From NCBI RefSeq assembly GCF_006345805.1, contig NW_021823907.1, positions 1 through 20,539 of the forward strand: 20,539 nucleotides of DNA, written 5' to 3'. Source of the DNA: Octopus sinensis (lineage: Eukaryota). How positions within the stretch are numbered: the first letter of the stretch is position 1; each line of letters opens with the position of its first letter. A program made the position numbers and the translations under genes. Below the pieces are notes generated by a model. That model was not told the DNA's origin, ran no database searches, and was given only the letters and a program-made list of their open reading frames with translations. Of this stretch, positions 1 through 9,722 are shown one piece after another.

Positions 1-88
1 AAATGCTAGAAATAGCTGTCCTACTTCATTCAAATCCATATCTTAACGTCTTAACGTGACACGAGTAGCAAAATGTAATTCAGATACC

Positions 89-89
89 T

Positions 90-151
<62 letters not shown>

Positions 152-204
152 ATAATAATAATAATAATATTAATAATAATAATAACAATAATAATAATAA
201 TAAT

Positions 205-241
<37 letters not shown>

Positions 242-548
242 TTAATAAGAATAATAATAATGATAATAATATTAATAATAATAATAATAATAATAATGAT
301 AATAAATATAATATAATAATAATAATGATAATAAATATAATAATAATAATAATAATAATATTAATAATAATAATATAATAATAATATAATAATAGATAAT
401 AATAATATTAATAATAATAAATATTAAATCATAATAATATAATAATAATAATAATAATAATAATATTAATAATATAATAATAATATTAATAATAATAGTA
501 TAATATAATAATAATAATAATAATAATAATGATAATAATAATAATAAT
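89..548. repeat. Compound microsatellite: (TAC)n followed by imperfect (TAA)n
   Basis: Directly visible: (TAC)n ~89-150, then (TAA)n with interruptions to ~548. Confidence 0.97.
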
Positions 549-891
549 TGCGGTGGTGGTGATGGTGACGGTAGGTGGTAGTGGTGGTTTATCACAGTCG
601 TTCGTAGATGAGAATTCAGAAAGACGGTTGCGATGCTATCAGTCCTACAACCACGTGATACTCTGACCTCGTGACCAGTTTCAACCAACCAACCAACCAG
701 CCTGTATCTCAACTGATATTGATTTCAGTCATAATTTCCACGGAAAAAACAAACAAAAGAAGAAGTAGCAAACAAAAAAAAACCCCAGGAGATTTTCAAA
801 ATCGTATCAAAATCGAAATGAAGGGCATAGCACCATATCGTCGCGTTTCGTAAAACTTTTAAAAGTGATAAATTATGAAAGCGGTTAAATA

Positions 892-1038
892 GCAGCGTGG
901 CCGTGCGGTAGGAAGTTTGTTTCCCAACCACAAGGTTCCGGGGTCAGTTCCACTGCGTGGCAACTTGGATAAGCTTCTTCTACTATATTCTCGGGCCTAA
1001 CAAAATCTGGAATATGGAAGCTGAAAGCCCTTCGCGCC
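892..1038 (+). mobile_element. tRNA-derived SINE, family A (diverged copy)
   Basis: Aligns by eye with 11146-11274 (cgtggccgtgcggtag..cccaaccacaaggttccggggtcagttccactgcgtggcaacttgg). A-box-like TGGCCGTGCGG, degenerate B box, runs into a (GT)n tail. Confidence 0.85.
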
Positions 1039-1307
1039 GTGTGTGTGTGTGTGTGTATGTACGTAAGTAATATGCATATATATCTATTATTATTATATAT
1101 ATATATATATATATATATAGATATATACATATATATTTATATATGTATATGTATGCATATATATATGTATGTATATATTATATATATATATACACATACA
1201 TAGATATATGTATGTATGTGTATATATATGATATGTATGTATATTATATATGGATATATTAGTATATATATATATATATAGATATATATATATATATAAT
1301 ATATATA

Positions 1308-1339
<32 letters not shown>

Positions 1340-1480
1340 ATACACATACACCTATAGAGAATATGTTTCTGATGTATGCATGTTTGTGGTGTATTCAAAA
1401 ATTACACACATATATAAGAATATATATATAATTATTTCTATGAAGATTATATCTATATATATATAATATATATATCATAT
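1039..1480. repeat. (GT)n then imperfect (TA)n/(TATG)n microsatellite
   Basis: Directly visible low-complexity tract. Confidence 0.95.
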
Positions 1481-1564
1481 AAACTCCATCTATAACGAGT
1501 AGGGAAAGAGAGAGATGGAAATGTATCTCTATATCTATATCTATATATCTATATATACTGACAT

Positions 1565-2048
1565 AATTAATGTGAGAGAAGGAAGGTGGAAAATGCAAGA
1601 ATATTTATTAATTATTACAATCGTTTCGACCTATCTAGCATCGATCATTCACGGGTGGCATTCTTCACAACTGGTTTGGGTGTATCTCTCGTTGTAGATG
1701 TGTCTCCTCAGGTGATTTCCGTCTCTCTCATTAATTGCAAACCCAACGAACAGTAAGTAATATTTACTACTTCTGAGGTTCCACTCGCTCTGAAACATGT
1801 ATTCCGGATCTTAACTACTCCATTCCTTAACTCTTGTATTCTCATTTGCATACCCAGCAACCCTGGTTGTCTACAGAGAAATATGAAAAAAAAAAAAAAA
1901 CGTTTTTACAGTTTATCGTTCGTGGATACGAAAAACATTCACAACCCACCGTCTCAATAAACCACTATTGTCTCTGAAAGTTGCTGTTTATATTTACTAC
2001 GGATTGCTTGACACTAACTTCCTTCCTATACTTCGATGTCTGGATCTT
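1565..2048 (-). mobile_element. Putative Penelope-like/retrozyme-type non-autonomous element carrying a hammerhead motif
   Basis: Non-coding complex cassette between TA-rich microsatellites. On the minus strand it has a hammerhead core followed immediately by AATAAA, an arrangement typical of Penelope-like pseudo-LTRs. Boundaries are approximate. Confidence 0.5.
1611..1718 (-). ncRNA. Type I hammerhead ribozyme-like motif with long stem II insertion
   Basis: Minus strand reads aaatcac-CTGAGGA-GAC...GTC-GAAAC-gatt-GT-A-ataatt. It has a complete CUGANGA/GAAA core, stem II GAC/GTC extended by ATCTA/TAGAT, stem III AC/GT and a GUA cleavage triplet. Stem I has two C.A mismatches. Confidence 0.65.
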
Positions 2049-2138
2049 ATATATGTATATATACATATACATATATATATAACATAAACATAGTCATGCA
2101 TACAGGGAAATTCGTATGCTTATATGACGAAAAACAAA

Positions 2139-2369
2139 GGCGGCGAGCTGGCAGAAACGTTAGCGCACCGGGTGAAATGCTTTGCGGTATTTCGTCTACC
2201 GTTAAGCGCTGAGTTCAAATTCTGCCGATGTCGACTTTGCCTTTCAACCTTTCGGAGTCGATAAATTAAGTATCGTTGACGCACTGGGGTCGATGTAATC
2301 GACTTAATCCCTTTGTCTGTCTTTGTTTGTCCCCTCTATGTTTAGCCCCTTGTGGGCAATAAAGAAATA
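2139..2369 (+). mobile_element. SINE family B, copy 1 of a head-to-tail pair
   Basis: Starts ggcggcgagctggcagaaacgttagc, has B-box-like GAGTTCAAATTC and the body gtcgactttgcctttc..gtcgataaattaagta. Highly similar to 2388-2618 and 16141-16345. Confidence 0.93.
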
Positions 2370-2387
2370 TATATGACCCAAAACAAA

Positions 2388-2618
2388 GGCGGCGAGCTGG
2401 CAGAAACGTTAGCACGTCGGGCGAAATGCGTAGCCGTATTTAGTCTGCCGCTACGTTCTGAGTTCAAATTCCGCCGAGGTTGACTTTGCCATTCATCCTT
2501 CCGGGGTCGATAAATTAAGTACCAGTTACGCACTGGGGTCGATGTAATCGACTTAATACCATTGTCTGTCCTTGTTTGTCCCCTCTATGTTTAGCCCCAT
2601 GTGGGTAATAAAGAAATA
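2388..2618 (+). mobile_element. SINE family B, copy 2 of a head-to-tail pair
   Basis: Repeat of 2139-2369 at an offset of 249 bp. Confidence 0.93.
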
Positions 2619-2873
2619 TATATAACCAAAAACATACACGAACAAATACATCATGTGACAAATTCGAGTAATTTTATAGAATTTAGAGGTAATGTTGTTG
2701 TTGTTGCCGTTGTTGTTGCTGCTGCTGTTGTTGTTATTATTGTCTCGTTAACTTTTTAGACTTGATTTGTTTTCGGGTTCAAACCTTAGGGGAACTCCCC
2801 TTACGGACGTTATGTTTCATCTCACTGGATATTTCTTAAAAGCTGGGGGCTAGACGAGAGACCGTTAGAATGA

Positions 2874-3495
2874 ATGTATATATGTATATATCAATGCATG
2901 TATGGAAGCCTATATGCATGTATGTATACATGTATGCATGTGTATATATCTGTATGCATGTATGTACCTATGTGTGTGTACATGTATTCATGTGAACGTA
3001 TACCTAAGTATGTTTGTAAATATGTATACGTCTGTGTACGTACATATATAAATATATATATACATATTTGTGTGTATGTCTGGATGTATATACACATATA
3101 TGCATATGTATATACACATATGCATGTGTATATACATGTGTATATACACATGTATACGTACGTATGTGTTTATATATGTACATATATATGTTGGTATATA
3201 TTTATCTCTCTTTCTCTCTATATATATGTTCACATACACACAAACTTATGAATATCTATCTATCTATCTATTTCTCAGATAGACTGTCTACAGACAGACT
3301 GTATATGCTGAAATATATTTATATACGCACTCACAAATATACGTGTGCGTTTAGGTGTGTGTACATACATACACACACATATATATATATATATATGTAT
3401 ATATATGTATATACATATATATTGGAATGTATATAATACTCATATATATATATATATATAATTAAGTAAGTACATATATATATAAGTAAGTACAG
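2874..3495. repeat. Degenerate (TATG)n/(TA)n/(TCTA)n low-complexity tract
   Basis: Alternating purine-pyrimidine simple repeats. This is the source of the Y/I/C/M/V-rich pseudo-ORFs. Confidence 0.92.
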
Positions 3496-4336
3496 TTACT
3501 CATAGCCATAATTATCCAGAGACATCTGTATAGATACAGGGCGAAATAATAATCATTTCTAAATCACATTATTAACCAACAGCCAAATGTACAGCCAGCG
3601 TAACATCAGTGATATCATTCTTGATTGAACAGCCCCACCCACCATAGAAACACCTCTGTTACCCCTCCTCCACCATACACTCGTATACATGCATACTTAC
3701 ATACATACATACATACATACATACAGTATATACACGACGGTGTCTAGATCCAGTGAAAACATCTGCTGGTGGCTTTATAATTAATGCTATGTTTCACACT
3801 CTAAATATTTCAGTTACAAATGGATATATTACACCTTTGTATATTGTTCCGTTTGTAAAGTGTCAATACCATTGATAGAAGCCATTTTGTTTTGTTTTTT
3901 TCTGAACCGCATTTAGCTCTGATCTGCTTCGAACAAGATCAACAACAACGGCAATAGTCAGCGTGGTGGTCTGGTCATATTTCTGTTTAGGTTATCGAGA
4001 TAATGTACAGAGGGTAAAGTAATGGATTTTAGAGGGTTTATGAAAACATAATCGATAATTAGCTTATAGATTGGTTTTATTATTCATTCCGTGTTGGATT
4101 TTGGTGGGGGTGTTTTTAGGTTCAAATCGTGAAAGGATTCTAATTTGTCTTTGTTGTTGTAGTCATGGCTGGTGGAATTTACTAAATATTTTCTCATTTT
4201 GTCTTGTTTGTGTTGTTGTTGTTGCTGCTGTTAATATTCTACAACCTCAGGTCGGCCCTGTTTCAACAGAGTTGAAATCGTTATCATAATAACCATCTTT
4301 ATTATCATCGCCACCGTTGATGTCTTTGTTTTCAGA

Positions 4337-4505
4337 CATATACATACCCATATCCAAACACACGCATACACACACACGCGCACACACATTACACACACAC
4401 ACGCACACACATCACACACACACACACTCACACTCACACACATATATGGATACACACACACATATATGAACTTGCAAATAATATATACAATATATATATA
4501 TATAT
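4337..4505. repeat. Imperfect (CA)n then (TA)n microsatellite
   Basis: Directly visible. Confidence 0.93.
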
Positions 4506-4523
4506 CCCTATTAGATACATAGT

Positions 4524-4653
4524 GTGAAGTCGCATGGCTCAGTGGTTAGAGCGTCGAGCTTACGATCGTGAGATTGTGAGTTCGAATCCTGGACCGGGCT
4601 GCGTGTTGTATTCTTGAGCAAGACCCTTTATTTCACGTTGCTCCAGTTTACTT
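4524..4653 (+). mobile_element. tRNA-derived SINE family C, 3'-truncated
   Basis: Canonical Pol III A box TGGCTCAGTGG (4535-4545) and B box GTTCGAATCC (4580-4589), followed by the non-tRNA body ttcttgagcaagaccctttatttcacgttgctccag shared with the minus-strand copy at 5046-5421. Confidence 0.88.
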
Positions 4654-4747
4654 ACGGCAGAGGGAAGAATATCGATGTGGCAAACGCAAAAGAGCTAGCA
4701 GTCGGCCAACGGACACGTGAGAAGAGAAGAGAGAGAAAAAGAGGAAC

Positions 4748-4778
4748 AATATATATAAAATGAGGAACAATATATATA

Positions 4779-4833
<55 letters not shown>

Positions 4834-4860
4834 ATATATATATCTATATATCTATATATA
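4748..4860. repeat. (TA)n microsatellite
   Basis: Directly visible. Confidence 0.96.
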
Positions 4861-4869
4861 GTCAGTAGA

Positions 4870-5690
4870 CAGAGAGGTATAAAAATAGGTTGATAGGTAT
4901 ATAGGTAAGAATGTAGTTAGGTAGGCAAGCAATTAGGTAGTAAAGGTCGATATAAAGCCAGGTGGGCAGGTATAAATATAGATTCGTAGTTAATTACATG
5001 TATAAATAAGTGGCTTAATTAAGTAGGCAGATAGGTAGGTATAAAAAAAATAAATACGCCCTTTTATAGTTTAGCCAGGTTCATGGGCCCGGTTTCCCGG
5101 TTTCAATGGCGTATGTGTTCTGCAGTTGGACGGGACGTCTGTCCATCGCTACGTTACTTATTTTTGCCAGCTGAGTGGACTGGAGCAACGTCAAATAAAG
5201 TGTTTTTCCGGTTCCCGGAATCTGGGGTAGTATATTACATCCCATGGATAGGACGCTAATCCGTCGTAGGATTACTCCTTTTTTTCCAGCTGAGTGGACA
5301 GGAGCAACGTGAAATGAAGTGTTTTGCTCAAGAACACAAAGCGTCGGCCTGTCTAGGAATGGAAACCACAATCTTACGATCATGATGCTGACACCCCAAC
5401 CACTAAGCCACGCGCCTCCACAGGTAGGTATAAAGCTAGTTATAAAAGTAATTCATAGGTGGACAGGTATAAAGTTAGGTGGGCTAGCTGGGCCGGAAGA
5501 TAGGTACCTATGTGTAAAGTTATGTATAGATACAAATTCGTTGGTGGGGTGCTACAAAAGCGGAGAGGTAAATAGGTAGGTGTGGGTTGGAAGCTAGGTA
5601 AGTGAGTAGGAAGGTAGGTAGGTAGGTAAGAAGAATGCATGAAGGCAGTAAGACAGATTGGTGTGTAGGTAGTAATTTGCAGGGTAGTTA
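4870..5690. repeat. Degenerate (AGGT)n tract hosting the SINE insertion
   Basis: Recurrent aggt/taggtagg words on both sides of 5046-5421. Confidence 0.7.
5046..5421 (-). mobile_element. tRNA-derived SINE family C, full length, with internal ~119-bp duplication and 13-bp TSD
   Basis: Minus-strand A box TGGCTTAGTGG (5400-5410) and degenerate B box. Direct repeat aggtaggtataaa flanks it at 5033-5045 and 5422-5434. Confidence 0.9.
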
Positions 5691-5829
5691 TGTGGTTCTC
5701 TAAACACACAAGAGCTTCTATAAATCCAAGATCCACATCACACATGATGTCATTAACCTTTGCCAAACTTACGTTAACCCCTGACCGCAATTACGTAAGA
5801 TACACGTTATTAATTCCCTAAGATTTATA

Positions 5830-6140
5830 TCTTCTTCCACACTTCATCTTCAGTCTCATTTCTCTTCTTCCTCCTCATATTCTTCTTCCTACTCTTCCTC
5901 CTCCTGCTCATCTTCCCCCTCCTCCTCCTCCTCCTCCTCCTCCTCCACTTCATCTTCCTCCTCCCTTTCCATACCCCTCCACCACCATCCTTCTCCGAAA
6001 TTTTGAATCATTATTTCTTTTCCCATTCTCTCCATCTATCTCCCCCTATCTCTCCCTTTCTCTCTCTCCCCCTCTATCGCTCTCATACATAACATACACT
6101 AGCACACGCACACACACACACACACACACATACACACACT
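5830..6140. repeat. Pyrimidine-rich (TCC/TCT)n, (CT)n and (CA)n simple repeats
   Basis: Directly visible. Confidence 0.88.
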
Positions 6141-6184
6141 TCTTGGCATGTCTTGCTGTGATCAGTTGAATTATCTGTTGACTT

Positions 6185-6380
6185 ATCGTCATCTTTATCA
6201 TCATCATCGTCGTCGTTGTCGTCGTCACCGTCATCGTCATCATCATCATCATCAGCATCATCATCATCACTGCCGTCAACAACCTCATGGACACGAAGTT
6301 CAGTATCACATTAATAACAAGTATCATTATCTCCACATAATATAATAATGAGCATCATCATCATCATCATCATCATCATT

Positions 6381-6416
<36 letters not shown>

Positions 6417-6521
6417 GTCATCTTCATCGTCGTCGTCGTCGTCGTCGTCGTCATCATAATTGCCATCATCGTCATGTTGTCTGGTATGAAAATAAATAAT
6501 GTTATAAATCAGATATAACAT

Positions 6522-6555
<34 letters not shown>

Positions 6556-6610
6556 TATCATCATTATCATCATCATCATCATCATCATCGTCGTCATCAT
6601 CATCGTCATC

Positions 6611-6642
<32 letters not shown>

Positions 6643-6851
6643 CGTCGTCGTCATCATCACCATCTTCATCATCATCATCATCATCGTCGTCGTCATCATC
6701 ACCATCATCATCATCATCATCATCGTCATCATCATCATCATCATCATCACCATCATCATCATCATCGTCATCATCATCATCATCGTCATCATCATCATCA
6801 TCATCATCATCACCATCATCATCATCATCGTCATCATCATCATCATCGTCG

Positions 6852-6883
<32 letters not shown>

Positions 6884-6930
6884 GTCGTCATCATCGTCAT
6901 CATCATCATCATCATCATCATCGTCATCAT
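6185..6930. repeat. (TCA)n/(TCG)n trinucleotide microsatellite blocks
   Basis: Blocks ~6185-6475 and 6524-6930. They give the poly-D, poly-M and poly-H pseudo-ORFs. Confidence 0.97.
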
Positions 6931-7221
6931 CGATTGGTTCATAGTTGTTCAACTGAAATCTTCATTTTCAGATTGTGCTTGTTTTTACTCTCGTCATTCA
7001 TCTTCAATCGTTTTTAATCCTTCCTTTGTTTTCAGCCAATGCTGGGGCACCGCCTATTGATTTTTTTTTTTATGAAATTTATTAGTCGAGGAGGGAAGAC
7101 AGTAGCAATCATTCCTTACAAGGGATCCGAGAATCGTAGAGGAGAATGGAGGATATCTTCAAACCAGAAATCCGGCACAAATGTTTGCAATAGATGTTGA
7201 TTCTGCTAAAAGAACACAACT

Positions 7222-7324
7222 GACCAAGTACACAAGGGACCAAGCGCACAAGGGGCCAAGCGCACAAGGAACCAAGCGCAGAAGGGACCAAGCGCAGAAG
7301 GGACCAAGCGCACAAAGGACCAAG
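7222..7324. repeat. 16-bp minisatellite, ~6.4 copies, consensus GACCAAGCGCACAAGG
   Basis: Units start at 7222, 7238, 7254, 7270, 7286 and 7302, plus a partial at 7318, with 0-2 mismatches each. Confidence 0.95.
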
Positions 7325-7476
7325 AAGTGGTATTAAAACCGGGTATGAAATGGATTGAACTGAACTCAGAACACAAACAACTTCTGAAAATACCGCAGGT
7401 CAACCTGCCTCAAGATAGTCCCTTCTTCTGCCATTTTTCTGCCTTGGTTTGATACTATCATTATTATTATCACCAA

Positions 7477-7686
7477 GGCGGCGAGTTGGAAGAATAAGTA
7501 ATGTGCTAGAGAAAATGCTTAGTGGTATTTTCGTCCGTCTTCACGTTCTCAGTTCAAATTCCACTGAGGTTGACTTTGCCTTTCATCTTTTCGGGGTCGT
7601 TCAATTAAGAACCAGAGAAACACTGGGGTTGATGTAATCGACAATGCCCCTCCCCACCAAATTTGAGGCCTTGTGCTTCCAGTAGA

Positions 7687-7690
<4 letters not shown>
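7477..7690 (+). mobile_element. SINE family B, short-tail form, diverged
   Basis: Starts ggcggcgagttgg, has agttcaaattcc and gactttgcctttcatc. Its 3' end cccctccccaccaaatttgaggccttgtgcttccagtagaaag matches the end of 16141-16664. Followed by (ATT)n. Confidence 0.9.
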
Positions 7691-7767
<77 letters not shown>

Positions 7768-7826
7768 ATCATCATCATCATCATCATCATCATCATTATT
7801 ATTATTATTATTATTATTATTTATTA

Positions 7827-7901
<75 letters not shown>

Positions 7902-7912
7902 TATTATTATTA
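7690..7912. repeat. (TTA)n/(TCA)n microsatellite
   Basis: Directly visible. Confidence 0.97.
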
Positions 7913-9022
7913 TTTCCTTCTTCCTTCAAATTTTCTTCCGTTTCTCACCGAGCGTTTTCCGTACACCTAGGGCAGAGAAGCTCATTGTATGCATTTCAAG
8001 ATTACACACGCAAATTCACAGGTAAAATATGTATTTAAAAATTAATAAATAAATAAATTCATGGATGGATGTTATTTTCACAGCGATAGTGCTCTTCCAG
8101 TTAATACGATTTTTTGCAATTCCTGGTGTCATTTTCAAATAGGTTTCGTACCTTTTTTTTTATCATTCTTAGATATCCCACAATCACTGGTACTGTAGTC
8201 GCCTTGAGATGCCACATTTTTTCAATTTCTATTAGCAGGTCTTTATATTTACTAATCTTGTCAAATTCTTTCGCCGCTATATTGTGATCACAGGGAATAC
8301 TCATGTCAATTAATAAGCACATCCTTTTTGTCTGATCTTTTATAATAATATCCGGCTTATTAGCCTTTATAGTCTTGTCGGTCTGCACGGGGAAATCCCA
8401 TAGAATCGACACATTTTCTCTCTCAGTCACAGTTTCAGGACGATGTTTATACCATTTGTCAGCGGTTTTGATTTTATAATGCCGACATATTGTCCAATGT
8501 AAATACTGGCCGACTCTGTCATGTCTTGCTCTACATTCTGCAGGTGCTAAAACTCTACACCCTGAGATTAGGTGGTCTATAGTTTCAATCTCATCGTTAC
8601 AGGATCGGCATTTTAGGTCAGCTCCATTTTTTTTATCACATTCGCTTGATAGTTCCGGGTTAATAAGCTTTGGTCTTGAGCAGCTAATATGAAACCTTCA
8701 CTCTCCGCTTTTAACCCTGAGCTTCGTAATCAGATTATTTGCTACGGGCCACATACTTACTATGCTGAGGTTTCTGTTCCCATCTGCTAGCTAGTTTTTC
8801 ATGCGATTTTGTCTTTGAAATTAATTTTCTTTTCTTTGCAGCAGCAGGTGGCGCATTTCCTTCAGCCTGATCAATCTGGTGGGTTTCTAAGAGATCAGTA
8901 GCGAATTTTTTTGCTCTCTTTCAGAATAGAGTGAAGTTTTTTCGGTCTTTCATGTTTTTCAACAAGTTTTAGCATCCAATTGTTGGTTGCTTCAAGGTAA
9001 TTGGCCAGTCCGATTGTGGTGG

Positions 9023-9026
<4 letters not shown>
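7913..9026 (-). mobile_element. 5'-truncated, decayed RLE-type non-LTR retrotransposon (R4/Dong-like)
   Basis: Minus-strand translation across frameshifts gives RWEQKPQH..GLKAESEGFILAAQDQSLLTRNY, CCHC knuckle CRSC..ETIDHLISGC (8610-8557), RHD (8526-8518) and the PD-(D/E)xK restriction-like endonuclease ILWDFPVQTD..NKPDIII..LLIDMSIP..KISKY. A ~165-bp 3'UTR follows and ends in (TAA)n. Both ends abut (TAA)n. Confidence 0.92.
8078..9026 (-). pseudogene. Disrupted C-terminal part of retrotransposon ORF (zinc knuckle plus restriction-like endonuclease, RT absent)
   Basis: ORF-track entries 8101-8430 and 8895-9161 are pieces of it. It has frameshifts (for example the T run at 8627-8634), an in-frame stop and small apparent deletions. 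The original end is probably LQKIVLTG..RALSL* with the stop at 8078-8080. Confidence 0.88.
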
Positions 9027-9065
<39 letters not shown>

Positions 9066-9516
9066 GAGTGAGAGAGCAGTGCATGCCATCAAAGTGACAC
9101 TGGGGTAAAATATACGAAGCCCAATATACCCATCATGACTACCCGTCTGATAAAGGTACACCAGGCATATGCATCACAACCATATGTGCGCGACATGGTG
9201 ATCTCATATCAAGATAAACAGCACATGACCTTGCAGGTGGGGCCCAGTTAGAATTTTCTTCAGGTTGAGTAGCCCATCCCGCTCAAAAGGTCCCTGAATA
9301 AGGGTTTTAAGGATGTTGAAAGAACCACCCATGTTTCCAGAGGTGAATTATTCAAACCCCAAAGAATCCCTCTCAACACATGGCTATGATGCTCCCCCAC
9401 TACTTCTGCTCGTGATCAGAGATGCACATATCGTCAGCCACTAAGGGACATGCTCAACTGGTTAAGGTCAAACAACTGACAAGCAAATCTGTGGTATTGA
9501 GCAGAATATTTGCTCA
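9066..9516. mobile_element. Unclassified ~450-bp non-coding interspersed repeat bounded by (TTA)n
   Basis: Complex, balanced-composition sequence with sharp junctions to (TTA)n at both ends (9025-9065 and 9517 onward). It resembles an abundant octopus repeat from recall, not from a search. Possibly a LINE 3'UTR or non-autonomous element in minus orientation. Confidence 0.65.
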
Positions 9517-9572
<56 letters not shown>

Positions 9573-9588
9573 CATATTATTATTATTA

Positions 9589-9635
<47 letters not shown>

Positions 9636-9658
9636 TATTATAATTATCATCATTATTA

Positions 9659-9722
<64 letters not shown>

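Noticed and set aside
56-712. Poly-L/I/Y ORFs, and the similar ORFs at 7549-8038 and 9422-10003
   Set aside because: Translations of (TAA)n/(TAC)n/(TCA)n microsatellites with no complex sequence.
1773-1801. Second hammerhead-like string on the plus strand: CTGAGGT..GAAACATGTA
   Set aside because: It has a palindromic ACATGT and a GUA triplet, but A9 is missing and neither stem I nor stem II pairs.
2874-3436. Multiple overlapping Y/I/C/M/V/H-rich ORFs, also at 11847-12815
   Set aside because: Products of alternating purine-pyrimidine dinucleotide repeats that lack stops by composition.
4524-4600. Possible tRNA gene
   Set aside because: A and B boxes are present but there is no convincing acceptor stem or poly-T terminator, and the sequence continues into a SINE body shared with 5046-5421.
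6509-6952. Poly-Asp ORF resembling acidic biomineralisation proteins
   Set aside because: Pure (GAT/GAC)n microsatellite, open in more than one frame, with no signal peptide or flanking exon evidence.
7222-7324. CRISPR-like array
   Set aside because: The repeats are contiguous with no spacers, and the context is eukaryotic with no cas genes.
8101-8430. Functional stand-alone nuclease CDS
   Set aside because: It is an internal fragment of a frameshifted, 5'-truncated retrotransposon ORF that starts at an arbitrary GTG.
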